Positions 14,780 through 29,700 of a stretch of DNA of 64,000 nt are shown one piece after another (positions within the stretch are counted from its first letter, which is position 1; each line of letters begins with the position of its first letter). The DNA is from Paragordius varius. Its lineage: Eukaryota; Animalia; Nematomorpha. The position numbers and the translations under genes were made by a program. Location: assembly GCA_964247055.1 (NCBI GenBank), contig OZ176050.1:8246001-8310000 (forward strand). Direction: 5' to 3'. The notes beneath the pieces are model-generated. The model saw only the letters and a program-made list of their open reading frames with translations. It did not search any database and was not told the DNA's origin.

Positions 14780-17700
14780 GAAATTGATATGTGAAAACCT
14801 CAAGTCAAATAGTTGTGAGGTACTGGAGTGCTAACAAGCACGAAACTAGTCTACTATTAATGAGGGCATTTCACATATCCTTTATATTTTCTATAATTTT
14901 CGATTATCATTATTTCCGGATTTAACAATTGTTATTGCAAAAACTTAATATTGTAATATTAATCACCATAAAATTTGGGCAAGAAGAGGAAATACTATAA
15001 GATTAAAAGATGTTTTATAATCGAAAGTTTTTCAAAATATTTACGATTATTTAGGTCATAATAATCAGTAACAACGAAACCCCCTTTCATCAACTAGGGA
15101 AACCATTTTGATCACTGGCTGAAGAAGCTAGCCTATTTTTAAAAACTATAAAAATATCACATTTACAGATAAATATAAATACTCTCATCAAATAAATTTC
15201 AATCAAATACTAAAACTCTTACTGTAAAAATTAATAAATGCTGAAATCAGAGAGACGTAGCACTACTCATTTGAAAATTACGTAAAACTAAAAATTTAAA
15301 ATCTAAATAAAACAGCCAAATCTCTGCCCTTAAAGATGGACCACCAATAATAAAACCTAAAAAATGTTGAATGATATTTCGTAAATGGTTAATTATATAA
15401 AGTGGATCGCTTTTTTGCTTATGTTTTAGGGATATGTGTATCCATACTCCAGCATATTACATTATAATAGAGCTATTCGTAAAATATGGAAGAAAAAAAT
15501 AAAAAACACTGATATAGCAAACAAAATCAAAACACAAATAACACTACGTCTTAAAATAACCAAGCGAAAATTCAGTGTGGGGAAAGTAAACGGCAAGATA
15601 GGAAGATGCCGCATGGCTTTCCGATGGATGGACAAAATATTGTCCCTTTCTAAATATCCATCCAAAACTGATTTCAAAACACTAACGGTCGTTCTGCAAG
15701 CTTTCAACCAACCAATCAACTGCTATGAGGATTTATAATAAATAAAGGGTTTAAAATTTCGCAATTCCTAAACAAAAATCGAAGAATTTTGCATGAAAAA
15801 AAGATTATAAATAAACTAGATAGGAACATGTTTCATTTAGAGGATTCAATGTTTTAATTAATTATTTTATATTAGATATTTGAAGATAATGACAATAAAA
15901 TGTCATATACGTATTAAACCTGATTTTCAATGCAGGGTCCCTGACAGTATTCAGTTAAAGACGACAAAATCTGACAAATTAATTCGCTGTTATCTTCATT
16001 GATGTACAACCCCAGTAAACCTAAAGTACCAGAAATCGATCCACAAATAGTGTCTAAAAGTTTCAAAGTTTCGCTGACCATATTATAGTTGGTTTTGTTG
16101 TGTTGTGTGCGCAAAAAGTTCTGGAAATTAAGTGAATATTAATGATATATAAGCTATATAAAATTCTTTAAGTGTTAATTGAAAATACCTATTTAAGTTT
16201 AAAATTCTTTAGGTAACTCAATTTTAATTATTTATCGGGCTAATTTTATTAAGGCATTTCGAAATGATTGCAAAATAAAAAGATATTTTATGACAAACAC
16301 CAATATAACGGTTCGATAATTAAATATTAAAAAAAATACTATATTTTAAACTATTTTATTGCAAATTATCACTAAATATGGATATCTGAAATAGTTTTAA
16401 CTATTATTGATAAATTATATCAAAAAATAATAAAAAACTTGTAAATGGATGTTATGATTTTCACAAAGCAATTGAAGAAAACGCAATATTGGTTGCATTA
16501 GGTCTAATTCTGTAAGAATTTTTTTCTCTGTATCAGATGCCCCACTGTCAGAAAATAATCTAGGGTTTTTAACATTGTACTCTAGCGGTTAAAACTTTAT
16601 ATTGTTACCGGTTGTTTGGGATGGATAATACAGATTAACCAAAAAAGAGGTAAATCTATTAGCAGCTAAAATGTCTACTAAATAAATCTGGATTTTGGTA
16701 ACAAATGAAAATAAACTTTCACCTATATGTTATAAAATAAAAATAAATTAAAAAATTGACATTGACACTTTATAGATAATATACTTTGAATGGGTCGATT
16801 ATTAAAATCTTTTATTGCAATTTGGGATGTTTTCTTTGGTTTCACTTGTGTGCTTTTATCGATGTTATCATTCGTAGTGAGAATATTTACCTTTAAAATA
16901 ATTTATCATTCTACTTTAATTTCATTTTGAGCGGATTGTATGTGATGCGTTAGAATCTTAAAAAATGCGTCACATTTTGACGGCTCCTTTGAAAGTATGG
17001 ACGAAAAGGAGGTCTGTTTCATAAAATGTTAGACATAATTAACAATGTAAATTTTAGCGTAATTATTAAATTTTTATTTTTAAATATTTTTGATTCTGGT
17101 TTTTAAACGTATAATATGGCACTCGAGCTCACCAAATAAATTTAACGAGCTGTATTTTTTTCTTGTGGACAGTATTATCGATAATTATGACACTTCGGTT
17201 TAAATATGATATTTAAATCTTGAAGGCATATGTAAATGAATTTAAATACTTTAGATTGGAAACATTAATCGAACTGAAAACTCCGTAAAAGCACGTATTT
17301 TAAGGAAATGTATTAAAATTCTTCTACCCGTTTAAAAAAATAATTATTATCTTACACTGGTAGAAAAGTAATAATAATGAACCAGTTTTTCGAAAAAAAG
17401 GATGAACATAAATTTTAAGGATAAGGTAATTAATAATTAATGCTAAAGTATACTTGTATGACGTCATTACCACCCTCGAGCAAAGAGATTGACAGATCTA
17501 AACATTCCAACAATATTTTTTCGCTCGGATCTTTTATGATAAGGTTAATGATCATTTCAGTGCATCCTTGCTAAAATTAAAGAAAAATGAAAATGTTCTC
17601 TACTTTGTCTAATTTTGCTTGGATTTCTGATAAACTTTCCGTTTCGCTTTTGTTTGTAACATCCAAAGCTAACGATTTCAATTTGTTTCCCTTTATTAGT

Positions 17701-20700
17701 TTTTATAACGAATAATACTTGATTGCTACAAGCAATCATTTCCCTTAATGTCTCCAAAACTTTGACACATAAAACTTCCTCCTTTTCTTCATACAATTTA
17801 ATGGTGTGGTTAATTAACCTTAATTTTAAAATTATGCATAAAGTATATAGAATCAGGCCCATTTTCCTGTATTTAAAAATTATAAACTGGTTATTATTTT
17901 TTTGTTATTAAATATAATAAAAGATATATACAGGAAAAAAAATGTTAATTTTGATTTTGTTTAACAGAGTATGCATAAAATAGAAGGAAAGCTATTATTC
18001 TAAGCCGTAAAAACCGGAGTATTAATGATCCATTTTCGAAGCCTGTGTAAATATCAGAATATGGAGGAAATAAGCGTTCCGGATGATGTAAAACACCGAC
18101 TAGTGAAGCCAAATCCGAAACTATAATTGATTGCCAATCTTCATCAATTTCTTTGCAGGTATCCTAAAAACATAGGCAGAAAGATTGGATTTTAAATGTT
18201 AGTATAAATGAAGCGTAGAGAGTCATCAATTTTTTTAATATCAAAATATAGTGTAAATTATAGATGCTGTTACCTGAAAAATTTGTATAATGTATTTGTA
18301 ATTTTTGTCATTTTCACTAGTTGCGTTAGATTTGGGCTTTATGGAATCTTTCCACATTTTTGTATGCTTGATAACGGTTTGGGCTTGACTAATTATCATT
18401 TCTACTTGGTAACTTAGATCACCGGGAATAAGTACTTTGCGTACCCTTGCTAATATATAATATATATGCGTTATTATATTTACCAAAAACATCTTATCAA
18501 ATTCAAAATAATTGGTCTGATTTTAGGCTCAAAAATTTTCATAATTTTATCGTAAACTTTCTTAAAAGGAAAAATATTGTTTTTAGTAAGTTGTCTATTT
18601 TTAAATTTTTATCATAAATGTATTAATTAACAGTTTTATTTATTATATATTATTTATTTATAACGTGATTAAATGGCAAATATTTATTTAACACTTGGCA
18701 ACACCTTCGTTTCAGTCCTAAGATTCAAAGGTCTTTGGGGACCCCAGGATTGTATAAAATCAAATATTTTTAAAATTATATAACAAACTGAAACCGTTGC
18801 AAAAGTTTGCATTTATATAACACAGTTTCAAAATGTAAAAAAATTTATTTTAAAAATTGATATTACTTTAGATAAACCTCTAGGTAAAAAAATTAGTCAA
18901 CATAATATGTGTGCATTAGATAGATATAAAAATGATATAAATTAAACTACTTTTTCTCTTCTCATCATTGTTAATGTGATTGAAATAAATAATTTTCTTT
19001 ATCCTTAGCGTTAGATTTAATTTTAAAATGGCGTCGAAGTAGTTGAATATAGCATTTTTAATAACCAATTTTATTTAAATATTTGGCTTATTTATATAAT
19101 TTCCATAAATTGGAACAGTTTTTCTCAAAAGTTTTTGAATATCAACTCAAATATAGTCTGGGGTCTTTAGATGCCCTAATTTGAATCAAAGTGTTAATAA
19201 ATGATTAATTATTAGAGTATTATAGTGATATGTTACGAAAAATAAAAATATTATTAATGATTCAGATCGCCATATTACCGTCTTGACCAAGTTATTTAGT
19301 TAGCCATTTTATTGTAATTTTTTGTCCAACGGGTCACCGATTTTTACATTTTAGTTAAATTATAAACATACCAGTTTCACATAAAGATTTGATACACTTC
19401 TTAATATGATATTTATGAGTGCCACTTAATTGTGCGACCTGTGACAATTCACAAATCTTTTCTAGGAGTTGCAGGAAAATTGGTTGATTACTCTAAAAAG
19501 ATAGGCGTAAAATATTATTTTTGGATTAACATTTTTATTAGGTATATTATTATAAGAAATTCTTAATAATTCGTAATTTAATTGTTTTGATAGTATTTTA
19601 TTTAGTTATTAAACAAACTTTGACTTTACCATGCACGCATGCAAATCATCAGTCGAACAATTAAGAATTGAGTTTTGGGAGGAGTAAGGGCTTAAAAAAC
19701 ATTTATGTGATATGGGTATAATTTTTAAGTTCTCCACCGAACCAATTCGCTTTTTCATTTTGGACTCCATAAGAGCCGGAAAATTTGGGATGTCATCACT
19801 ATTGAAGCGTGATAAATGATTTTTCTTCATTATAAGTCGTTTCTTGGAAGACGATGAAAAGATTTCAACATCAACCACTCTTGAATCATTTATAAATACA
19901 TCACATAAAGGCGGGCTTTTGGATAAATGCTGTTTTTTGGTCCCTTTTCGCAGAAATGAATTTTCGTTAAAAAGGTTAAGTGGTTTAGAATGACATGCAA
20001 GATATACAGTACATGCAGATAATTCTTTCTAATTAAAAATTAGTACAGAAATATAACTAGCTCTCTAAACTACGAACGATTTTGGTATAGTTAGGATAAC
20101 TTATATAATCAGATAAATTTTTTTTATATCATTCTAAAAATTATTTAAGCGCTGGGTTTAAAAGATTCTTTTAGGAAAAACTACCTTAATTGACAGGCTT
20201 TGATTGGAAAAGGGCGAGGTGAAAAAGGCATTTATAACATTCATCAATGTGACGCATACGAAATTTTTAGCTTTTTCAAAACGTTTATCATTCGTTTCAT
20301 ACATGAAGGGATGAATAATCTATGATATATTAGGGGGATTATTTACCTGATCCATATCCTCCAAAATATTTTCAAATAATGTCCAAATATGACTGCTTGA
20401 ATAAATTTCTTTAACCTCAATTTCCGTATCAATGTAACAATGGTTTAAAAAGTTGATGTATGCGTCCTTTACCTATTTACAAAATATAGATTCATATCGA
20501 TATTTTTTTTATAAAAAGTTTAATTTTTAAACAACGGGATTTAAATATGAAGTAAACAAAGGTTTCAAAGCATTGTTATCCGTAGATAGCGGCAATGTGC
20601 CATGCTTTAACAAAAATTAAAGGTAATTAATGTTTAAACAAATATTTGCCCTAAATTAATTCTGTATAAGCAAAAGGAAGAAGAGTCTAACCCGTATATT

Positions 20701-23700
20701 ATTATTTCGATGGGGAGAAATGGATGGATTAAATTTCTTTAAGTTTTATATTTACCCTTTAAAACAACAACTTTAAAATTAGTGTTTAAACAGTCCTGAT
20801 GCATCTGTGTTTAACAGAAAATAATAAAATTATTTTGAAAAAATAAGCATGATTCTTGACACAAAAGATACTTTATTTTAAAATGAAAGTAAACTTCAAT
20901 TATGCAATCGGGATGTAACACCATTTTGACTATGTCATCCAATGGCAATAAAGAGTGACATTTGATTTCGGTGAAAGCGTTTTTCCCTTCAGTACAACTT
21001 GCTAATAAACGAACTAAACTGATGTGGTACCACAATGGCTCAAACATAGGATCATTGGGTAATATTTTTGACTTTATTATTAAAAAAATGATAAAATATA
21101 ACTCCAATTCAAACAATTTTTTAGAAAAAATAACACATTATATTTGATTTATATCTTACAAACACAATACCAACCTTTATATATGGCTAAATAAAATCAA
21201 TTAATTTAAAAAGACAATAGGTCATTAAGGTTAACCTGGATCAAAGATACATTCGTTTTTGTAAATGATTTTGCAGAATCAGATTTTAGTGAGTCGCAAG
21301 TTTCCGAATATGTCTTCATTAAATGAACAAACGCATTGAATGCGACGGGTTCATTGTAAAATATCAAAACGTCGTCTCCCACATTATCTAACTGGTAATT
21401 GCAATATTTAATAGAATAATTAATACTTATTAATATTTTATATTCTCGCTTCTAATATGATTAATTGGTAAAGTGCCGTTTATAACTTTATTTAATTAAC
21501 AAACCTATATATATAATTTTCCCTAAAAAGATCTTACAGTGTTTTTTCAAAGTTTAATCTTTTATTAAATCTGTGCAATGGACTAATGTAAATACGCGGT
21601 CAATCGTATCGAAAGTAGGGCATTATTTTTTATTGAAGGTTACACTTAGATATGAAACAGCTCCTCTCTTATTGGTATTTAATAATACCCTTTAGCATAT
21701 GTTTTAATCTAAAGGTGATGATAGAGAGTTACACATTATAAAACTTTACAAATTATATCATGGACAATATGAGTTTTAAAATTTCGATTGAGTTGTATTG
21801 TGGTGTCGATTTCGGAAAAAACGTACAATATTAATGGCTTATATATTTTTAATTCTGCCATACTTGCGTTGTAACTAGATCCTGGCATTTTCTAATGTAT
21901 TGCCCTTCAGCTTTGACAATACATTCCAAAAATTTTAAATATTCTGGGTTTCGTCCATACGTGCTAATGCAATGTATAAAATGTTGAACAATATTATCGG
22001 TTATCTCATTGCAAAGTTCAATGTTGTCCTTAAATATCGATTTTATAGTTTTGGGTTCAAATATCTAAATTTTTACAAAAATATGTCATATTGGGATGTA
22101 AAGATAGATTTATTTAAAAAAATACTTTTATATTCATCAAAAACGTCAAGTGCTGGTACATTAGGCTTTGATTTGTTTTATTGGCTAGGCAAAAGTTTCG
22201 AATAAATGCATGTGCAGTTTTTATAATATCCATCAATTTATTATTTCCCTAATATATATATATATATATATATATATGCGTTTTTAAATCTGTATAAATG
22301 TACTTCATAAATTCATATTTAAGCCATATATAGACATAAACCAATATCTAGCTAGTTTACCAATTGGTTAGCGGTTGTTCAATATTAACGCTAATATAAT
22401 TAATTTTTTTGATAAAATAATTTTCTAATTATGACACCATGTGCGCTCTTAAAAATGTATAAACTATAATAAAATCGATAGTAGAGAGTTCATTATATGG
22501 TAAAATATTTAAATATTTTAGTTTTTAGCTAAAATTAAGAAATACGGTATTTTCGAACATTAAGAAAATGTAACACAAATAAAATTGAAGCGTACTGTTA
22601 TTAGTACTAGGTTTCATAAGGTTTTCACATATTATTAATTGGGGCTTCGTATTTATATTTGGAGGAGCCGTTAAATGACTAACAATTAAATATAAATGCA
22701 ATTTGTCGTAATGATTGAGCAAAACTTGAATATGCGGTATGTTTCAATTTTAACTATCATACTATATTATATGTATATAGCCCAATATATAGCCTTGGAA
22801 AGACGGAAAGTAAAAAAAAACACAGATCTGATAAACAGTGTTTGACAACCACAATACCTGTTGCAATAATTGAATCTAGTTTTAAAAATGCTTTTTAGTG
22901 GTATTTTTTCACTAAAATTTCTTCAAATAACAGATCTACATGATCTTCTTAAAAGACAAAAATTTAATATTGATTCCAAATGATTCATAATCGACATTAT
23001 ACAAAGAATTGGAATAACCAAAAGTTTTAAAAAACCAGTTTATACCAATTTTATTCCTTAACTAAATGTAGAACTGGTTTAATAATGAAAAGACAGAACG
23101 GAAACCGGTTCCAATCCTTTCAATTCTGGTCTCAAGGGAGTTAGATCTCTTAAAAATAAAGTTTAATCCTTTTAACGATATTGAAAATATAATATTTGTC
23201 GATAATAATAAACAACAATTTTAATTATAATTATTGTACCTTATTACAGGGTATTTTAAGCAGATCAAGCACCACTTCATGGGCGCCTAAATTTCTTAAC
23301 AAACGTTGATCTGTTTTGGAGGACATAAGAGTTCCAGAAACATCCTTAGCGCATATTAAAACAAAATGGTTCAGAATTTCCAAAACGGTAGCATAATTTT
23401 CGTTCTCATCACTCAACAAATTGATGCTGCTAAATACATCCCCAGATTGGTACTATTATATATAAATTAAATTACAACTTTAATAAAACAATATAAAAAT
23501 ATTATATTAGGTTTGAATAAAACACTTACATCTTTTTCTGTCCCGTGTTTTATTTGTAATCGGGGTAGAATAGTGGATGATAACTTTTTACGCTTATATT
23601 CTTTTTGTATGTTTTTTATATCAGTACCAATATCAACCGTGGTATTCGTTGCACATTTTTTATTATCATTTATTTTCAATCGCTTGTGATATAATGCGTC

Positions 23701-26700
23701 ATCATCGGATGATATGTACACCGGAGATAACTGAGACTCAATATTAATTAACACACCATTATCCTCACTATGGTCCAATTTATCTGTTATAAGAGTGTTC
23801 TTTTCATCCTTAGTTAGCACCGTATTTTTTGGATTGCAATCATCAACATCATCATAATATTTTATCCAAAGCTCAGCTTTTTCCACCAGCAATTTCAATT
23901 CATCCAATTCCTGCTTCAATTGTTTGTAATTGTTAACTTCGGTTGGGGAAATCAATAATTGCACCTTGAAAAAATTAATCAATCTTGTTATTATACTTGT
24001 TTAAGCGAATCTATAAATTCCGTTTTTTGACTAAAGTACCGGAATAAAAGTCGTAATGAAGCTGAAATCAAGGGCCCATAATCATGCATAACATAATAAA
24101 GGATAAGTCTCAATAATGACAATTTTTTGTTGTTGCTTACCGTCAAACTAATGTTGTACATAAAATTTTATAATCGAACATTTTTATATAATTTTATAAT
24201 AATTCTGTTATATATGTATAATAATGGGATAACATTACTCATCGAAAAGTGGCTCCATAATTTTCCAAGTATCACCTATATTTATAAAATGTATACCATT
24301 CTTGGCAGACATTTCGTTAGAATCTGCCGCGGAGTTATTTTTTGTAAGATACATATCCAATTTAATAGGTAATATGTCATTTTTAAATTTAGCAAGATAA
24401 CAAGATATACGGTAATCCATCTGCATATCCATAAGAAACTACAAAAAACATTTATAAAAAATATATGTTAAAACAACCATTAAACACCAAATTTTGGAAT
24501 TTAACATTTTAATTTGCCCAAAGTTGTTTGGCGCTCGGTGCATGAATCCGTGCATGCGACCCCTTAAATTTTTTAAAAAATGAGTGATTTTTTATGTATT
24601 ATTTAAAATAATAATTTTTAAAGACCTATTTTTTTGAAATAAAATAATTTACTAAAACCCGGCGCCCCTTCAACTATGGCGCCCGGAGCATCAGCGCCTC
24701 TTTCTCCCCTCTAGCTACGCCTTTGATGAAATGGTCATATATTTCCATAAACATTTTCCTCATATAATGCAAAAATTAAATAATTATAAATCAAAATTTC
24801 TACAAAATGTTTAATAATATAACATTGGAGGAGCTTCATTTTACGAGTAGTGTTGGATCTAACAGTCATAAATATTTTAAACAAAATTTGTAATAAAATG
24901 ACATTTTAATATGATTTATTTTTTTAGTGATAAAAATTTTAAATAACTTGGAAAATATCGATTAGATATAATTTAGTTTCCATAATTAGATTATCCCTTC
25001 CACTGGAAGTTGCCAATGCTTGACTATACTTATAATCACAATTAATAGCGGTGAGTGATTTTCTTTTCCCATTTTTAAGCGTATACAATGTTTCTTTTGT
25101 CGCAGTTGATTTGTTAGAATGGAAAAACCTTGCTAACATGATCCAAAGTTTATTTTCGCCTAGCATAAATTTGTTTTATATTAAATGGTCAATCGTTAAT
25201 TAAAAATAATAAAAAATGTAAATTTTTCATAGAGTATACCTAAAGTTAAATTCGTTCTATCATTGAGGCCAGGTATTACGCCAGAAGATTGGTCCAAAAG
25301 CTGTAATATTCTATCCGTCATATTAATCAAACTGGTGAATGAATAAAATCCGAAGTAAACGAGACTTTTGGATAATTTCATTACCTATATATATGTAATA
25401 AAATAGTAACATAAAATTTACTTCAAAAGTCAATCGATTACGTTCATCATCTTCAAATGGCTGCGAAAGAGAAAATGTTTCCTTAAAATAATTTTCAATG
25501 AAATTTAAAATAGGAACGAATTTTTCGGATTCTATTTGGGTTTTATCTGCTAAACATATTTCATCATATCTAAACAAGAAATGAATTTTATACAGTAATA
25601 TATGTGTGATGAATACATATTTAATATTTTAAAACTTCTTAACAATGTTATAAATATTGGTAAAAAGACTTATCTTAAATCAATCATAATTCATATATGG
25701 ATAAAAATATTTATTTATATGTCTACTTTTTGGTGTCTGTACTGTTCATTTTATAAGCATCTGACCACAAACGGGCATATTTAATTGGTGTAATCACTTC
25801 TTGGGGTTCACGATCAATATGAATGTGTAATAAAAGTCGGATAAACGCTGCACGCAACAAATAAGAAAGTTGCTGATTTGTAATGCAACTAAAAAATTTA
25901 AAATATGATAACAACCACACCAATGATGTAGTAAACTATTTGCCTTGGAGAGGTCAAAAGCTAATTAATATAATTAAAGCAAATTAATTATATTACCAAT
26001 ATTTACATCTAGATTTCAACAATATCGTAATAATATTATGGTATCTTAGTCAAATATAAAAACTATAAATCTATACAAATAAGTCGAAAATATATTTGTA
26101 CAAAACAATAAAAAACGAAACAAATAAAGACATGGACAATGTAAATGAGTTTTATATATTGATTTCTTGTTAAACGGGCTAATAATGGTAATAAAGGATC
26201 GAGTTAGATGTTTGCTTCATAGAGGACGAAAGGGAAATCCATGATTTTAATAATAAATATTCTATCTATAAAATAATTATTGGATGTTTATACCTAAAAA
26301 ACATTATGATCTTGACCAATATTAATTTATAACGGTAAGATTGAATACATTTTTGACTTACTGTAAATAATTATTTAATGAATTGGAAATCGATAGAATT
26401 CAACCACAAAATCATAAAATTTAATTAATAGTAAATTTAATGTGATTTATATAAAATAAAAATGTTACTTCAATAATAATTGGATGGAAAATTGTGTGGC
26501 TAAATCATCGATTGCCATGTATTGGCGATCCAAACACAAGTTTGCAAACAGCAATAATTGATACCTGTAATATCTTCAATATGTTAAAAAAACAAGTACT
26601 TTAATGTCTTTGCATCTTCTTTATTAGTTAAGGCATCATTGTTAAGATCGATTAACGATTTGGAGATGATGTTTCCATTGTTCCAATACAGATAAACCTT

Positions 26701-29700
26701 AAAAAATATTTTTAACAACACTCTTTTAGTAATGAATTAATATAATAATATTTTAAAATCTAGGACCAATGATTATACAGTAAAAATTTATGAAAGGTAA
26801 AGGGCATTTGTAAAATACTGTCTTTATTATATCTACTAACTTTAATATTGATCATAAAAATATAAACTGAAAAAAATAGTTTTTATCGTGATCATTGTAA
26901 AGAAAGGTAAAAATTATAGAATGAAGTCAAAAAATTCGATAAAATTAATATAAAGATCTACTTGGGATTGTTTTTCACATTCACGAGACTCAAAACCAGT
27001 TTCTATAAGAAGCATGCGACGTTTTGGATTTAATAAACATCTGCAAATCAATTCTTGGATCACTGGAATCGCAATTTGATTCGATACACAGAGATCAGAT
27101 AAATATTCTAGATATCTATCAAATTTTCATTATCATAATTTAGACAAACACATATTATTAATAGTTTTTAAAAAACATACCTGCATTCCCTTTTGGTTTG
27201 TAGTAAATTAACAAAGGTTTCAATTTCTTGATATTTGATATGTTTTTCCAATAATTTACGATTATTATGAAGTAGGGCTGTAATTGTTTCTTCCGCCAAT
27301 ACATCATAACCTATTTGTTTTTGCATGAATGCAAAGTGACGTGCAATATATTCCTATGCACAACAAAAAATTTTTCAATAAAGTTAGCGAAAACGGCTAC
27401 TTTTACTTAAACGCTAGTACAAAATATATTTAATAGCAAATTTTCCGAGCCGACTTAAGCAGTGATTAATGCATGCATAAACTTATAATCTTTTAGGGTT
27501 AAAATAAATTTTAGCGTATGAATTACTAAATTACCTAAAAAAATTATTTTTATTAAAAAATTAAATGGCATCCAGTAAACTCTGGTACTTTACCCAAAAC
27601 ATGTTGAAAAAATGAATTTTTTTATCATTATTGATATTACTTGGTTTTTTCGGTAGTTCAAAAAAGATAATTTGAGAGATCTATAACACAATCTAAAAAG
27701 CTGTCGTATATGTGAATATTTTGGATCATTTAATTCTTCCAGTTTTATAAGATTAGAATTTGTGGATAAAGACTCGAATGGAGCCTTCAAAACAGCAAAA
27801 ATCTATATTAAAAAATGTAAATTGATAAAATAAACAGTTAACATTGTATAATTTTCATAACATTAGGAATGACTTTGATTAACCTCCTTAATTATATTAA
27901 ATTTATTTTAAAATGGATTCATAAAATTACAGTAGCCATAAGGAATTTTTTCAAAGCGTCTAAACTAATTGACTCATGCTTATCGTTGTCTTTTTTCCCC
28001 AAGCCCTAGTTTGTCAAATACACAATCGTTTGACTATATTTCTTTACAAAAAAGGGAGATCATTAGGATAGGGGGCAATATGGTATTTTCAAATAAAATA
28101 ATGACCAAAAAAAAGTCTGTTAACTTAGCAAATAAATTTTTTCAAAACCTTTAAAAAATAAAAAATAATCTGAATTACCTCTTTTAAAACGTCCTGCTCT
28201 CGCAACAGCTTCTGGCGGTCTCTTACGGGGTCTTCAACCACCAAATCTAATGCATCCTTATTTTTAATCTGTTGTTGATTATGTGCCAAAAAATATATGA
28301 GTTCAGTCAGAAGCTTTATACCTTTACTAAATAATATGTATAAAAAATTGTGTTATATAGTAAAATTTAATGATTTTTTGGAGTCATAAAAAAGCAATAT
28401 TTAACGGATACTATCAAGTGATATAAGCTTTATATATAAAGTTTATATTTAGTATTTTAATATATCATTCATAATTTTCGATAACTCGGGATATTTTATA
28501 TCTTTATAATTAAAAATTTTTAATGGTTGTACATCGTAAACAAGGAATTCAACTTTGAGCCAATATTTTTTGATTTATATCAAATATATGGATACATTCC
28601 GCAATTCGAGTCATAAGTTAAGAAAAATATATGTTAACAAATTTAATTTCGATATGTTTCGTTAAAAGCGAGATTCAAAGTGTGAGCTAAAATTTTAGGC
28701 CCTTTTTATAACCGGTTCCTTTTTGGTTTGATTTTGACAATTTATAATACGTTTATAATCGTTTTATAATACAATTTTATGTTCTTTAACAAAATATCTA
28801 TTTTTTTCTATGTCTAACAACGCCTTCATTACACAAGTATACAATAAAGTTGAGTAATTATATAGTTTAATTTCAGAATTTACGCTGTTTTCTGACTATT
28901 TTAAAATTTGATGGTTTTACTTTACATATCGATTAAGGTAGAAAGGTGGTGAAAGTCATAACACATGTGGATGTGTTTTAATATTTAAATACAACCAAAT
29001 GTGCGAAAAAATGCGATTTTACCGAATGCGGATAGGCTAATAATTTTGTTGGATTTTAACCCAATGATTGATTTTAATTATTTTATTGGTTATTAAACCA
29101 TATATAATGCTAAAACATTTATATTTGAGATGCCCTTATAGTACAAATTAACTTTTTTCCATAATTTCAAAGTACGATTAATTATTAACCGTTTTTCATT
29201 CTGTGTGAAGGTATCCTGTTGAAGAGCATATGCCAACGATTTTAAACCATGACTCACATCATTGACAAAATCCAGATCCCTCACTTCATCGGGCGAAACG
29301 TAAATTAACAAAAAGGCTTCTTTGTCATCTTTAGTTTTGTTAGCTCCTAACTATTAAATAATATTTGTAACTTTAATTAAATGGTATAAAAAATTAAAAA
29401 TAGATATGTATTGAATCAACGATTCAGATTTCGAAGAAAGCAGAATAATACAAAAATGCAACAGTACATCCTCATTTAATTCACAGCGTGTGAAATTTGC
29501 AGTTAAAAAAACTAAAATCTGGGAGTCAGGTAGAAAAGGTATCATTAGGTCCCTAGGTTCGAGAAAGCATCACATCTTTTCCATAATAAATATAAAAATA
29601 ATATTTCGTGTATAGCGGACCGCTTCAGTCCCATGACCCCGATTGTCGGAAACTACATGGGTCATTATCTGCATCATGAACCTTTTTTTAAAGATTTATT

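Noticed and set aside
21243-21250. GTATCTTT donor resembling a U12 5' splice site in ITPR
   Set aside because: It does not match GTATCCTT, no U12 branch site (TCCTTAAC) is evident, and an alternative canonical donor exists at 21235.
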